Source: Octopus vulgaris (Eukaryota). From it: 64,000 nucleotides of DNA. Of the stretch, positions 1-13,895 are shown one piece after another. Within the stretch, counting starts at the first letter, position 1; each line of letters starts with the position of its first letter. Made by a program: the position numbers and the translations under genes. The notes beneath the pieces were generated by a model. The model searched no databases. It saw nothing but the letters and a program-made list of their open reading frames with translations, and was not told where the DNA came from. The DNA lies in contig OX597818.1 of the NCBI GenBank assembly GCA_951406725.2, positions 9,610,001 through 9,674,000 of the forward strand, in the 5' to 3' direction.

Positions 1-185
1 CACTCTCTTTCTATCTCTCTCCGACTCTCTGTCTCTCTCTGTCTCTCTCTTCCTCTCTCTCTCATATACATTCTATCTATCTCTCTTTCTATTTCTCTGT
101 CTTTCTCTTTCTCTTTCTCTCTCTTTCACTCTCTTTCTATCTCTCTCTCCGACTCTCTGTCTCTCTCTGTCTCTCTTACTCTCTG

Positions 186-260
<75 letters not shown>
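1..260. repeat. (CT)n microsatellite, degenerate then pure
   Basis: Seen directly; near-pure (CT)n at about 195-260. Confidence 0.95.
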
Positions 261-263
<3 letters not shown>

Positions 264-1053
264 CCTCTTCTTTATCACGCTATCTATTTCCCCGTCAAAC
301 ACTTTTTTGTGTTTTACCTCGTAAATTATTCTTTTTATCTTTTAATATTAATCATAACTGTAAAATTTTTCCCTTATACACTCTACATTGTTGGTTCTGT
401 TCTTTTTTTAAATGCGTGAGTATAGATGTGAATAGATGTATGTGCATGTTTAGATGTCAATGTGTATGTTTATTATGCGTGTGAGCAAAAACACACAGAT
501 CGTGTAAATTGGGAGTGTTTTCTTTTTATTATAATTTAATGTGTAAAATCTTGTTTGCCTTTACTGTGTATGTGTGAGTATATGAGTATTCTTGTGTTCT
601 CTGCTAGTGTCTGTATGTGCATGTGTGTGAATATTTTATGCAAAATGTTGAAGATTGCAAAATTTGGCTTTGTGTTTTCACACAAAATTAAATCGAAGCA
701 AAGAAATAAAAAAAAAATCACTGAAAACAATGTCGCAATAAAATTCCACAAAATTTGGTTGACATTCTTTTCAGTTTCAGCGTTACGTTACATAAGAAGT
801 GAAAAAAATTTTTCAGCACATCCTATGACCATGTAACTAATTGATCCCTATTTAGTATTTATATTTCGAAAGAGTTTTGTGTGGTTTGCGTTCGTGGGGT
901 GGCGTTTTTGTGGTTCTTCAAAGAGGAAAATTGTTATGGCATTAAAATATTCAATGATTCTTAACTAGGACACAATTTTACATAAAATTATAACCCACAC
1001 ATTTACGACACATCACACATTGTGTGTGTGTGTTTGTGTGTGTGTGCCTATAA

Positions 1054-1103
<50 letters not shown>

Positions 1104-1326
1104 CTATGTCTATAATTATACGTGCACATATATATGTAAATATATATTTATATTTATAATTATATATCTCTCTCTATATATGGATATATATTTATGATTA
1201 TATTTATGTATATACATAGACACATACATATATATGTGTGTGTAAGTGTTTGTATAAAATTGTATATACGCACAAATATTCATATATATGTATGTTTATA
1301 TATACCTATGTGTGCACGTGTATATA

Positions 1327-1372
<46 letters not shown>

Positions 1373-1420
1373 CAGGTAGGTAGGTAGGTAGGTAGGTAGG
1401 TAGGTAGCTATTTATGTGTG

Positions 1421-2302
1421 TACGTAGTCTGATCAACAAGTATCCGAACTGTTGCCATAGACAGGAAGGTAAAGCACGCAGTGTGAAACTGCCTGGCACA
1501 AATTGAACTCTGCCGTGCATGGGTTCTAAGTTTTAATTTTCTAGCTCACTTCTGCTGTTTATAGAAGTACTTGGAAGGAAGGTGGGTAGCGTATGATCGT
1601 CGCATTGGCCATGACAGAAAAAGTTGAACAGAAAATATGCATCAAATTTTGTTAAAAGCTTGGCGATACCTGATCAAAGGCCTATGCAAAATGTTCAAGA
1701 CATTTTCCTCATTCTCGACACAATCAAGGAGATCTTGTGCAACTGAAGCCCGAGAGTCTTTATGGTTAGCTGAAAGCAGTTTTGGCACAAACATGGTACA
1801 CACACGTCTCATACTCAAATCTTCAGTGATAATGGACTAAACCGAACCGTAACTCATCTTCTAATAACTCACAGATGGCGATTCAACGATATCCTCTTAC
1901 AGCTGCACGCACATCTGCGATGTTTTTCTTCGTTCTGCTGCTTGTGGGTCTCCCAGAACGTTCGTCAATATCGACATATTTTCGGCCATCTTGGAAACGT
2001 CAGAAACACTCGTACACTTGTGTATGACCCATACATTCTTCTCTATACACTTTCTGCGACTTTGCGTAGGCCTCTGAAGAGGTATCGCCATGAAACTTTC
2101 TCTAAATGGCCAATGCGACGATCGCACACTACACACGTTTCTTCCAAGCACTGCTGTAAACAGCAGAAGTGAGCTAGAACGTTAGAACTTAGGGCGCATG
2201 CTCAACAGTATTCAATGTCAATCTTTGCTAAGCGGCTTACGCTGCGTGCTTCAGCTTTGTTACTATGGCAACAGTCCGGATACATATCGATCAGACCTCG
2301 TA
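1421..2302. mobile_element. Non-autonomous mariner derivative with long inverted arms (two 5' ends)
   Basis: ~40-bp TIRs (tacgtagtctgatcaacaagtatccgaactgttgccatag vs reverse complement of ctatggcaacagtccggatacatatcgatcagacctcgta) with TA at both ends. Plus strand from 1611 gives MTEKVEQKICIKFC*KLG. Minus strand ~2075-1705 gives EAYAKSQKVYREECMGHTQVYECF*RFQDGR..DERSGRP..RRVCTMFVPKLL, the mariner N-terminal HTH region. Confidence 0.9.
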
Positions 2303-2332
2303 TGTATGTATGTATGTATGTATGTATGTATG

Positions 2333-2363
<31 letters not shown>

Positions 2364-2797
2364 GTATGTGTGTATGTATGTATGTGTTATATATGTCTAT
2401 ATGCACATATAAAATGAATACGTACATATTTCTTTTGATATATCTCCGAACAGCTATTACAATAACCATTATACTAATAAGAGCCACATGCAGTGGTCCT
2501 GTATCATTTTTTTTATTATTATAAGTAGATTGCTCATCCATTTAACCCATTCAATGATCGATTGTTTGATTAGTCGGTTAATCGTTCTGTCAATGAATCA
2601 ATTCACTATGTTTGTCCAAATGCATTCCCCACTCTTTGCCATCTCATGCGTGATATGCTCTCTCTGCACGATGTCTGCACTATCTTTATCCTACTTAAAT
2701 CAAAAAGTTATCATGCACACACATACACACATACACACAAATGAACATGTATACACACGTACACACAGTCACATACACACACACACACATTTTATGT

Positions 2798-2975
2798 GAA
2801 GGCGCATGGCTTAGTGGGTGTTACACTCCTGATTGCGAGATCGTAGGTTCCATTCCCAGACCCGGCGTTGCATAGTGTTCTTGAGTAAAGCACTTCATTT
2901 CAAGTTCCTCTGCAATCATTTCGTCATCTGACATGTGGGATATGGTGCACCTGTGCAAGTAATCTTGATTTGATG
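2798..2975 (+). mobile_element. tRNA-derived SINE head with CORE-like segment
   Basis: A-box-like TGGCTTAGTGG and B-box-like GGTTCCATTCC, followed by gtgttcttgagtaaagcacttcatttc. Similar to the head of the minus-strand SINE at 56281-56587. Confidence 0.7.
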
Positions 2976-5278
2976 GAGGGAGTGAACTCAAACATTTAAT
3001 AACTATAAACAGATCATCTGTCTGGTTGTTAGGCAAGAAGGATGTAGTGAACACAAACATTTGATCACTATAAACAGATCATCTGTCTGGTTGTTAGGCA
3101 AGAAGGAGGGAGTGAACACAAACATCTGATCACTATAAACAGATCACCTGTCTGGTTGTTAGGCAAGAAGGAGGGAGTGAACACAAACATCTGATCACTA
3201 TAAACAGATCACCTGTCTGGTTGTTAGGCAAGAAGGAGGGAGTGAACACAAACGTTTGATCACTATAAACAGATCATCTGTCTGGTTGTTAGGCAAGAAG
3301 GAGGGAGTGAACACAAACATTTGATCACTATAAACAGATCATCTGTCTGGTTGTTAGGCAAGAAGGAGGGAGTGAACACAAACATCTGATCACTATAAAC
3401 AGATCATATGTCTGGTTGTTAGGCAAGAAGGAGGGAGTGAACACAAACAGATGATCACTATAAACAGATCACCTGTCTGGTTGTTAGGCAAGAAGGATGG
3501 AGTGAACACAAACGTTTGATCACTATAAACAGATCATCTGTCTGGTTGTTAGGCAAGAAGGAGGGAGTGAACACAAACATCTGATCACTATAAACAGATC
3601 ATCATCTGTCTGGTTGTTAGGCAAGAAGGAGGGAGTGAACACAAACATCTGATCACTATAAACAGATCATCTGTCTGGTTGTTAGGCAAGAAGGAGGGAG
3701 TGAACACAAACATTTGATCACTATAAACAGATCATCTGTCTGGTTGTTAGGCAAGAAGGAGGGAGTGAACAAAAACATTTGATCACTATAAACAGATCAC
3801 CTGTCTGGTTGTTAGGCAAGAAGGAGGGAGTGAACACAAGCATCTGATCACTATAAACAGATCACCTGTCTGGTTGTTAAGCAAGAAGGAGCGAGTGAAC
3901 ACAAACATTTGATCACTATAAACAGATCATCTGTCTGGTTGTTAGGCAAGAAGGAGGGAGTGAACACAAACATCTGATCACTATAAACAGATCACCTGTC
4001 TGGTTGTTAGGCAAGAAGGAGGGAGTGAACACAAACATCTGATCACTATAAACAGATCATCTGTCTGGTTGTTAGGCAAGAAGGAGGGAGTGAACACAAA
4101 CATTTGATCACTATAAACAGATCATCTGTCTGGTTGTTAGGCAAGAAGGAGGGAGTGAACACAAACATCTGATCACTATAAACAGATCATCTGTCTGGTT
4201 GTTAGGCAAGAAGGAGCGAGTGAACACAAACATCTGATCACTATAAACAGATCATCTGTCTGGTTGTTAGGCAAGAAGGAGGGAGTGAACACAAACATCT
4301 GATCACTATAAACAGATCATCTGTCTCGTTGTTAGGCAAGAAGGAGGCAGTGAACACAAACATCTGATCACTATAAACAGATCATCTGTCTGGTAGTTAG
4401 GCAAGAAGGAGGGAGTGAACACAAACATCTGATCACTATAAACAGATCATCTGTCTGGTTGTTAGGCAAGAAGGAGGGAGTGAACACAAACATCTGATCA
4501 CTATAAACAGATCATCTGTCTGGTTGTTAGGCAAGAAGGAGGGAGTGAACACAAACATTTGATCACTATAAACAGATCATCTGTCTGGTTGTTAGGCAAG
4601 AAGGAGGGAGTGAACACAAACATCTGATCACTATAAACAGATCATCTGTCTGGTTGTTAGGCAAGAAGGAGGAGTGAACACAAACATCTGATCACTATAA
4701 ACAGATCATCTGTCTGGTTGTTAGGCAAGAAGGAGGGAGTGAACACAAACATCTGATCACTATAAACAGATCATCTGTCTGGTTGTTAGGCAAGAAGGAG
4801 GGAGTGAACACAAACATCTGATCACTATAAACAGATCATCTGTCTGGTTGTTAGGCAAGAAGGAGGGAGTGAACACAAACATCTGATCACTATAAACAGA
4901 TAATCTGTCTGGTTGTTAGGCAAGAAGGAGGGAGTGAACACAAACATCTGATCACTATAAACAGATCATCTGTCTGGTTGTTAGGCAAGAAGGAGGGAGT
5001 GAACACAAACTTCTGATCACTATAAACAGATCATCTGTCTGGTTGTTAGGCAAGAAGGAGGGAGTGAACACAAACATTTGATCACTATAAACAGATCATC
5101 TGTCTGGTTGTTAGGCAAGAAGGAGGGAGTGAACCTCAAACATCTGATCAATATAAACAGATCATCTGTCTGTTTGTTAGGCAAGAAGGAGGGAGTGAAC
5201 ACAAACATCTGATCACTATAAACAGATCATCTGTCTGGTTGTTAGGCAAGAAGGAGGGAGTGAACACAAACATCTGAT
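2975..5278. repeat. 65-bp tandem minisatellite, about 35 copies, truncated by gap
   Basis: Unit gggagtgaacacaaacatctgatcactataaacagatcatctgtctggttgttaggcaagaagga, head-to-tail with few substitutions and no spacers. Confidence 0.97.
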
Positions 5279-5378
5279 NNNNNNNNNNNNNNNNNNNNNN
5301 NNNNNNNNNNNNNNNNNNNNNNNNNNNNNNNNNNNNNNNNNNNNNNNNNNNNNNNNNNNNNNNNNNNNNNNNNNNNNN
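5279..5378. other. Assembly gap (100 N)
   Basis: Run of exactly 100 N. Confidence 1.
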
Positions 5379-6067
5379 TGCCTACCTTGTAGAAGATGGT
5401 GATGGTGTTTGCGTATGGTGGTGGGGGCGAAGGTGAGTGTGAAAGTCAACATTTGATGAATTGCTACGCTGAATGCATTTCTGTATTTTTCTGTCAATTT
5501 ACTGCAGGTTGCCATTCAAGACAGCGTTATGTTTAGGTCTGCTTTATATGCACAAGATTTTTATTTTTTTTATTTTACTCTCTAACTCGACAAAAGTTTC
5601 TGTTTCTAACTAGAGCCCACACAGCTGATGTGTATTTACCCTGTGGCCACATATATGTTTATAGAAGTGTAATTTGGCGGATTCTGAACACCAACTGAGA
5701 TAACTCAGTAGGATATATCTAACTTCGCCGTCTTAGCAATACAGTTGGTGTGTTGCTTCGAGCGTTATTTGCAATGGAGAGTGATACTTACATATTTTGT
5801 TTCCTAAATGTGTTCCAAATGTATTTCTTATGCAAATCGTATATATTAACTTGTGATTCATTTATTTTATTTCTTACTGCCATAACTTTACATTTCATAA
5901 GGTTACACTATCTTAACCAATATTTCTTCCAGGCTTTTATAGAATCATAATTTTGTAGTCGTGAAAATCTTTAACGACTTAGGATTCTAACGATGTTGAA
6001 AATATAAGTAAAGATATGACAGTCAAAAGTTAATGCGTTTCAAAAATCTGATTGCGTAGAACCGTTT

Positions 6068-6123
<56 letters not shown>

Positions 6124-6216
6124 AATTCTCTCTCTCCCTCTTTGTCTCTTTCTTTTTCTCTCTCTTTCTTCTCTTTCACTCTCCTATATTTATATATGTA
6201 TATGTGTATGTATAAG

Positions 6217-6251
<35 letters not shown>

Positions 6252-6354
6252 ATGCATGTACATACATACATACGTATATTTTTATACGTATACATAATTA
6301 CTGATATGCAAATATACATACATGTACATAAAAATATGTGTGTAGAATGTTACA

Positions 6355-6408
<54 letters not shown>

Positions 6409-6583
6409 ACATTTACAAACACAATCTTCGAGCGAAAAATTTAAATATTAACATGAAATCTTTTGCGTATGCATAATCTAAGCTAATACAAAGAATTTAC
6501 TAATCTTTTCTCATATGATTGTGTATGTGTGCGTGTGTTTGGGTGTGTGTGTGTCTGTGTGTTTGTGTATACACTTACGTACC

Positions 6584-6644
<61 letters not shown>

Positions 6645-7376
6645 ATATATATACATATATATGTATATATATCAGAATTTACTTATTCTTTAAGTTTTTA
6701 ATTCCAAATGTTGACACATTCGAAGATGATTTCAAAAGATTAGAGGATTAAGGAAAGTAAAGATAATGTAAAAATAAGAAATAAGGGATATAGTTTGGTA
6801 GAATAACTTTTAAACAAGTGTTAAATACAAAATGGAAGTTAGGAAGGGAATTCAAAAATCATTTTTTCGGCTTAACGGAAAGAAAGACCTTTCTTGAAAG
6901 GTCCCCGCTAGACTGGTGGTTAGTAATGAAGCAAAGAATTATGACTTAAGGGTTAATACAGTGCAAAGCGAAGCATTAAAGGTTCAAATTTTCTTCAGTC
7001 TGTAGGCAGTGTTAAAATGCTTGCAACAGAGTTGCGTCCTAAGAGAAAACACAACGTTAAATGTGTTTTTCTGTGAAATTGGGTGGTGTATTATTTCTAT
7101 CATCATAATAATTTGTGTGCGTGATTCTTTAAATCTTCCCTCATTATTTACTAAACATTCAAACGAAATATTTACAACAACGTCACCGATGACGCAACGA
7201 CGATGATAACGATGATGATGATGATGATGATGATGGCTCCCTATTTTAGACAGTGATTTTGAGAATCAGATTTAGTCCATACTTTCGAACCCTGTACATA
7301 ATAAAATCGATTCCGAAAGGACAAATGGCAAATGGACTGCAGCGGTCAACTTTCTTTTCATTAGTATTATTGTCAT

Positions 7377-7600
7377 AAGGTGGCAAGCTGGCAGAAACGT
7401 TAGCATGCTGGACGAAATGCTTAGAGATATTTTGCCTGTCGTAACGTTGTTTGTTTTATGTGTCAATCGAATGCCGAGGTCGACTTTGCTTTCATCCTCT
7501 CGGGATCGATAAATTAAGCACCAGGGGGATACTCAATGTAATCGATTATCCCCCTCCCCCAAATTTCAGGCCCTGTTCCGATAGTAGAAAGCAGTATTAT
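7377..7600 (+). mobile_element. SINE family B (head ggcggcgagctggcagaaacgttagc; central gcctttcatcctttcggggtcgataaa), followed by a partial second copy to ~7770
   Basis: Homologous by eye to copies at 24870-25085 (-), 36405-36577 (-), 51699-51925 (+) and 58484-58689 (-). Confidence 0.75.
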
Positions 7601-8142
7601 TGTTATGAAACAGCGACATTTTGTCCGTCTTGGAGTTCAAATTCCACCTTGATCGATTTTGCCTATCCCACTTCGAAGTCCTACTAATCAAACACCTGGT
7701 TCGACGTAATCGACTAGTCCCCTCCAGCCAAATTTCAGGCCTTGTGCCTATAGTAAGTTTGATCGTTGTTATAATTATGGCCAATGAGTGGAGGGATATC
7801 ACGGTAAAGGAAGACCTGTCCTTGGGTATAAAGGTAAGGTGAAGCAATCACTAAAATCTTTACATCTGAACTTGACGTCTTTGGAAAGTTAATGCCTAGA
7901 TCGATCTACATGGCATAAAATATGTCATGATGCATCAAAACAATTTAATACGAGGTAAAAGAGCAAGAAAAGAGTTATATACTGCAATCAACGGACACAT
8001 TTGCCCAATCCCAGGCAAAATCAAAATCACCGATATCCCCATTGCGCCTACATAGCAAAATCCATCCCGGGACTCAAATTACATTCACGCATGAATCGCA
8101 AATAGATACTGATTCTTTTATTCTTTTGTTTTCAAAAACTGT

Positions 8143-8175
<33 letters not shown>

Positions 8176-8215
8176 AACTCTCTCGAAGTCGACAGGAGCG
8201 ACCAACAAAAGAATA

Positions 8216-8240
8216 GCAACAATAACAACAACAACAACAA

Positions 8241-8286
<46 letters not shown>

Positions 8287-8305
8287 AATAATAATAATAA
8301 TAATA
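8216..8305. repeat. (AAC)n(AAT)n microsatellite
   Basis: Seen directly. Confidence 0.95.
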
Positions 8306-8579
8306 GTGTAGTGGATGTTAAGACAAACACAAGTATAAATCAATTATTCATATATGCGTTTCACCATTGCAGTTATTTGGAACTCAATATTAGATGTTTC
8401 CAGGTGCATGTGAATGCCTAATCGCAATGGTACTTCAGGTAAACCTTTTATTGCATTTTGTTACAGAGATCGAATTATAGAACAGACTTGCATTGCTAAG
8501 TATGTCATGCTAATATACTTACCAGCAACCTTTACTTCAAACATGTTTCTCTCCATGGAAACAAGTAGAAGCAGACATT

Positions 8580-9040
8580 GACGTAATCATACATTTTGTT
8601 GTTTCTCAGTTCTATCAGGATCTACTCCATTTTTCGAACCACTTCGGCAAACAATCCTGAGAGAATATTCGAACCAGAGTGACGCCGAATATTTCAGAAT
8701 TTTCTCCTACAAACATAAAAGCTCAAATCACAACAACCGAATATCACAGCTGTTGATAAAATTCGTTATAAATATCTCCTTATTCACCTATTAGGTGCAT
8801 TCAACACAGGAACAGAAGGTAAAGAAGTACAAATGTTGACAATTGATAACGAGTATGAAATCTTTCGGATATGGTAATTGAAAAAGATAACTATCGTACT
8901 CGAAGGAGAATTAGGGATAGTTAAGAACTTGCAAACTGGATGAAGAAGATACAAGTAAATTGTGAAATAAAGCCACTGCAACAAAGAGTTTGCTTATTGG
9001 GAACGGTTAAAATATTACGAAGGCTACTCGATGTCTAGAT
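8580..9040 (+). mobile_element. Decayed 3' end of an R4/Dong-type LINE (restriction-like endonuclease region)
   Basis: Broken translation PERIFEPE..QNFLLQT..QPNITAVDK..K KY..EIFRIW..IVLEGELGIVK..VCLLGTVKILRRLLDV*, resembling the RPD..K..KY..GALG..LLGTA.ILR C-terminus of R4/Dong elements. Confidence 0.65.
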
Positions 9041-10559
9041 TGACTTAAATGAAGGAAAGAGGCAAGAAGACTGTTTCATATATACGGCTGAACTCTGAGA
9101 AAAGTATCAAGGACGAATAGCTGCACTTAAAGTACAAGACAGATAAGCGGAAGTAGAAGGATTCTTGATTTTAACACTAGAATGAATTTTTCCCCATCAA
9201 AAGATTTTTATTGAATTGATTACATTCATTTCAGACTATGTCGATGTGTTGGTGAAACCAGTAACTACTTTGTCTGAGCTGTTCTGTTCGTTGTAAGAAA
9301 GTGTAGGTCTCTATGCATGACAGTGCTGGGGCTATTCTACACACAGAGAGAGAGAGGGGTGGGAATGAACAATAATCAACCGAATAGTTTTGTCAAGTTA
9401 AGCCACGTATAGTAGCACCTTTTAATCGAATTATTAGTCCTAACAGACGATATTATCCTAAATAAAATGGCACAACTTATTGAAAGAATCTCTATAATCA
9501 CCTATCAAATCTACAGGTATGATAGAGTTGAAGTCTTTCGTGTATATGACTTTATGTTACCATTTTGAATTAATTATAGAAAAGTGGTAGTAAAAACGTA
9601 CGTCTATTTTAGATCCATGGAAACAAGTAGAAGCAGACAATGCGTTACTAAGGCACCAAGACATAAATGTATGCAGTATGACGATTTCAGTACTGTTTAA
9701 TAGAACACACATATTACGTGAAGTACTTTCATTCAGTGGATAGTAGCAAAACAAAAGTATAACTGTGCATACCGAACATCCATGAACACCAATTAAACAA
9801 AACCATAGAATTTCGAAAATGAATTCTAATTGATACTTGTGTAACTATTGCATTGATATATTACTGAAATGTTATTGCTTTTTGCATAATAATAGAAATA
9901 TATTACATCTGTTCGCATTAATCGCCGATTAGCCAATGCATTTAACCAGCAAAGCACAAATCATATCATCACAAGGAAGTTTCATTCCCCACCATACAGA
10001 AATAACAATCTATGTAAATGAATTATTAAACTCTAGAATCTTAGAAAAGTACTTAGTGTCTGTGTCGGTAAATCGTAATAAAATCCGAGTGAGATTTTAG
10101 GTGTCAATAAAATATTAAAGAGGAATGCACACTCCGCTTTTGTTGGATCACAGGCGTGAAAAATAGAGTCCAGAAAATTCTGCATCATCTTCAAGAAATA
10201 ATTCAATAAACGAGATAAGCCATGACAATATACATAGACTTCACTCACCCCAGTCCAGAAATATAGCAGGAAAGCTACAATTTACATAAATGAACACACC
10301 ATAACTATTTATCTATACTATATGTATAACTATTTGCTACATAACTATTAGCTACATTCTACCAATTAAAAAAAACAACTTCTGTAACTTATACATATGA
10401 TGCCTGCAAAACAAATAGCCAAAAATGTTTAATACACTTTCTAATTCACTAATTCAGGTATATCCATTGTGAAAATCCAAAACATACTAGATATAAAAAC
10501 AGTTCAATCAAAAATAATTGCTTAATGAAAATACCAACAACGAAATCAGAAGAAAATTA

Positions 10560-12420
10560 AACAAGTGGAATAAACATATTAAAGTTAAAATCATCGTTAA
10601 TCGCAACGATAGAACTAACACATGCAAATCAACTACAATAGACATTAGAACAATAATGCAGAGTAGAAATTATATAACGATTAAAATCACAAGAATTACT
10701 TCATGTAGATCAACGAAAAATAAAAGACGAAACTTAAGATATAGCAACATTACAAAAAAAGCCCCCAAACTTGTGATCCTATACTTAATGAAATCAGAAG
10801 CACACATCAATATCACAAAGATGCAGCAAATATTGCGTTCAGCAATCACCGAATTTATGAGTGCTTGAGGGTATTTCTTCAGGTTTAGCTATATGTGAAT
10901 ATCGACACCCAAGCAAACAATGTCAAAAACGAATAGAAACCTAAAGTCATTATATCTCAATCCTTAATAAAAACTAACAACAGAAAAACATGAATAGATA
11001 GAGATAGATAAATTCTACAGAAATTATCACACAACGAAAAAACAAGCTCTCAAAATCAAAGGGCTTCTAAAATCATAGGTCCTTGTAAATTTGCAAGTAA
11101 TTGGTCGTTATGAAAATCGACAATGATACTTTGAACAAAATAGTTCTATTCCAAAGCAAAATGAGAAAAAAAAAACCTAGTTTATCAAGAACTACGTAAA
11201 AAACAAACTAAAAACAATTGCAGTGCCAATCGGAAGAGTATTACAATGATTGAGGGGAAAGTATGGGCAGCAAAGACAACAAAATATAAAACAGTGGCAA
11301 AAATATTTAATGACCTGCCTTACAGAATGAGCCATAAACAACATAGGAATAAAGCACTGATGGAAAATGCATCTTAAAACCGAAGGCTAAAAATGTAGTA
11401 AACTATAATGCTACAGAAATATCACGTGCTTTCCGATAGCTTTATCTGCAATATTACAAATGATAAATGATTACCTGAAAAACGAAAAACCTCTTTTCAA
11501 GAAGAATATAAAAGATATTACAGAGTTTCATATGGTTGTTAAGATCAATTACTGATCAATAAAGCCATAACTGGCGATCGTATGAGGAAAAAATTATCTG
11601 ACCAGGGTGTGGATTGATTACCAAAATGATTTTGACAGTGATTCCCCATCGTGAATACTGGAAATATTAACCATGAATAAAGTAGCACAAATAATATGCA
11701 AATACATCAAACGTGTCATTAATAAATGGCAAACAATTCTGAAGAAACATACTAAAGATGGAATACTAAAAATGAATACCTCTCATTTACAAAGAGAATG
11801 TTCCAAAGGGAGTCCGATTCTCCGCTCTCATTGTGATTCACGTTAAGACCTTTAGCCATCGCTTTAAAACATGCTGAACTTGAATAGAAATTTTATAGTT
11901 GGATATCAAGTTTTACGCTGCTGCTGATAAATAACTGGAAACACGTTTATATGCAGTGCACAGACGAACTAGAGGAATTGATGAACTGCTCGCTTTAGAA
12001 AAATGAGTCAGTCAACGTTGAGGAGAGGTAAATGATGGAAAAGTAGTAATGTCTTGATAAATGATAAAATTAGAGCAGACAGACTTACATATACTTATTA
12101 ATCAGTGGGCTTTACAAAATGCAACACACAAGACTGAAATGAAAGGTTAGAATGGACAATGACTGGTGCATTCGATTGACACATAAAACAAACAACTGAA
12201 TAGATATCAAAACTGTAGATGTTATTATATTAAATTATTTTTATAATAATAGCGACTCAAGATTACACTGATAAACAACCATAGTTGTGTCTACACTAAC
12301 CGAAAGTACTTTTGACATAGAAATACATTTCCAAAAATACGAGGAAGTAGAAACTTTTTGCGACAAGAATTTTCAATATAACAACAATAGGATTCGAAAA
12401 TTACTGAGTTTCAAATCAAA
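10560..12420 (+). mobile_element. Decayed R4/Dong-type LINE, reverse transcriptase region (limits approximate)
   Basis: About 11530-11860 reads YGC*DQLLINKAI..WIDYQNDFDSDSPS*ILEIL..KWQTIL, then a frameshifted FQG..SPL..L.PL motif. Compare GCKDQLLIDK / WIDYKKAFDSVPH / FQGDSLSPL. Strongly A-rich sense strand. Confidence 0.75.
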
Positions 12421-12684
12421 GGCAACAAAGTAAGAACATGACTCATTTCTTTCTAACAATGTCTATCATGGACAACATTTTCTAATGTATCTTTCCACTG
12501 ACGTGTGATTTGAGTGGAATATAGCGGCTGCTATTTGTCGCAATTCGAGCGACTGCATCGTATTTCTCGTCGGCTGTTCTGATTACAATGGCTTTTAGTT
12601 GAAACTTTGAAATTTAGAAATTTGCATGTTGGTAAATGTGTTGGAATGGCGCTCTAAGAGAGCTGAGTATTTAGACATATATGA

Positions 12685-12719
<35 letters not shown>

Positions 12720-13367
12720 TGTGTGTGTGTGCGTGTGTGCGTGTGTGTGTTAGTGTGCGCGTGTGTGCGTGTGTGTGTGTGTGTGTGTGTTTGTGAAATA
12801 TAGGAGGTGAGGATGACCTGTAGGATAGTAATCGTAGATTTATATGTCAGTAACAGGTAGGATATGTAGCCTTCAGAACTGATTTTACTGGAGAGATTAT
12901 AGTGACTGTCTCCTACAAGACTCTAAAACACGTCGACGTATATTCCAGTGATCAGATAATTATAGAAACATTGGTGGCTGCTCCTGGAATCGGATGGACT
13001 GGATGATGATTTGATGCTAGATATATGATCGTGTATGTGTATATGTGTGCGTGTGTTTCTGCTCGAATGTGTATTAGTGCGTGTGTGAATAGTGGATAGT
13101 GGCATGTAGATATGTAGAAAAAGGGGTAGCCAGAGAAATAAGAATAAGAGGTAAGGGTTATAAGAGTGGATAAGAAACAAGAATAGTGATTAGTAGACAG
13201 TTAGTGATAAAGAAAGCAGATTTAGACGGGGAGAGAGCGAAACACACAGAATTTTTTTAGCACTCATTCATATGCATATTTCGGCCGCAATGCATATTCA
13301 TAAGCAGGTTTTCCAAGCATATTTACGTAAGTGTGTGTTGCGCACATACATATATCTTAACACATGC

Positions 13368-13424
<57 letters not shown>

Positions 13425-13848
13425 GTATATGAGTGTTTGTGTAATATGTATGTGCAGCAAAATTATGCAAAGAAGCTAACAGATACACATACACACAGAG
13501 ACACTCAGCGAGTTACACAGATAAGTACGCTCACACATTTATGCACACTAAGTTTCAGAAGTACCACACAAGTACACATGTAAATGCGTTGACATCAGGG
13601 AAACTAAGAGATTGAACACCTCCTTCCTCAAACAGATTCTTCAACAGATGGCATTCCTTTCCTGCATACCTGATGCACTGGAGTGTAACAAACGAAATCA
13701 TTCAAGCGGAAAGCGCCGGCCAAAATGCATGCAAATGCATAAACAGGTTTTAATATTCTATAAGCTGTTGGATGCTGTGAAAAAATTATTCTCTTTTGCT
13801 CTATTTATATCTTTTTTCACGCTTTCGTTTTCTCCTTTACTCTCTCCC

Positions 13849-13895
<47 letters not shown>

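Noticed and set aside
2074-2100. CTGAAGA...GAAA hammerhead-like match
   Set aside because: Lies within the mariner arm; no G-C-closed stem II and no stem III.
2798-2870. tRNA gene (also the heads at ~41740-41806, 52268-52335 and 56520-56587)
   Set aside because: A/B boxes only, no complete cloverleaf, and each continues into a SINE body.
2975-5278. 65-bp array as a CRISPR array or tandem hammerhead satellite
   Set aside because: No unique spacers and no cas genes. The unit has CTGATCA rather than CTGATGA and no GAAA box on either strand.
9467-9670. Two-exon mini gene (ATG at 9467, donor ~9517, acceptor 9612)
   Set aside because: No recognisable product, weak splice signals, and it sits among LINE debris.
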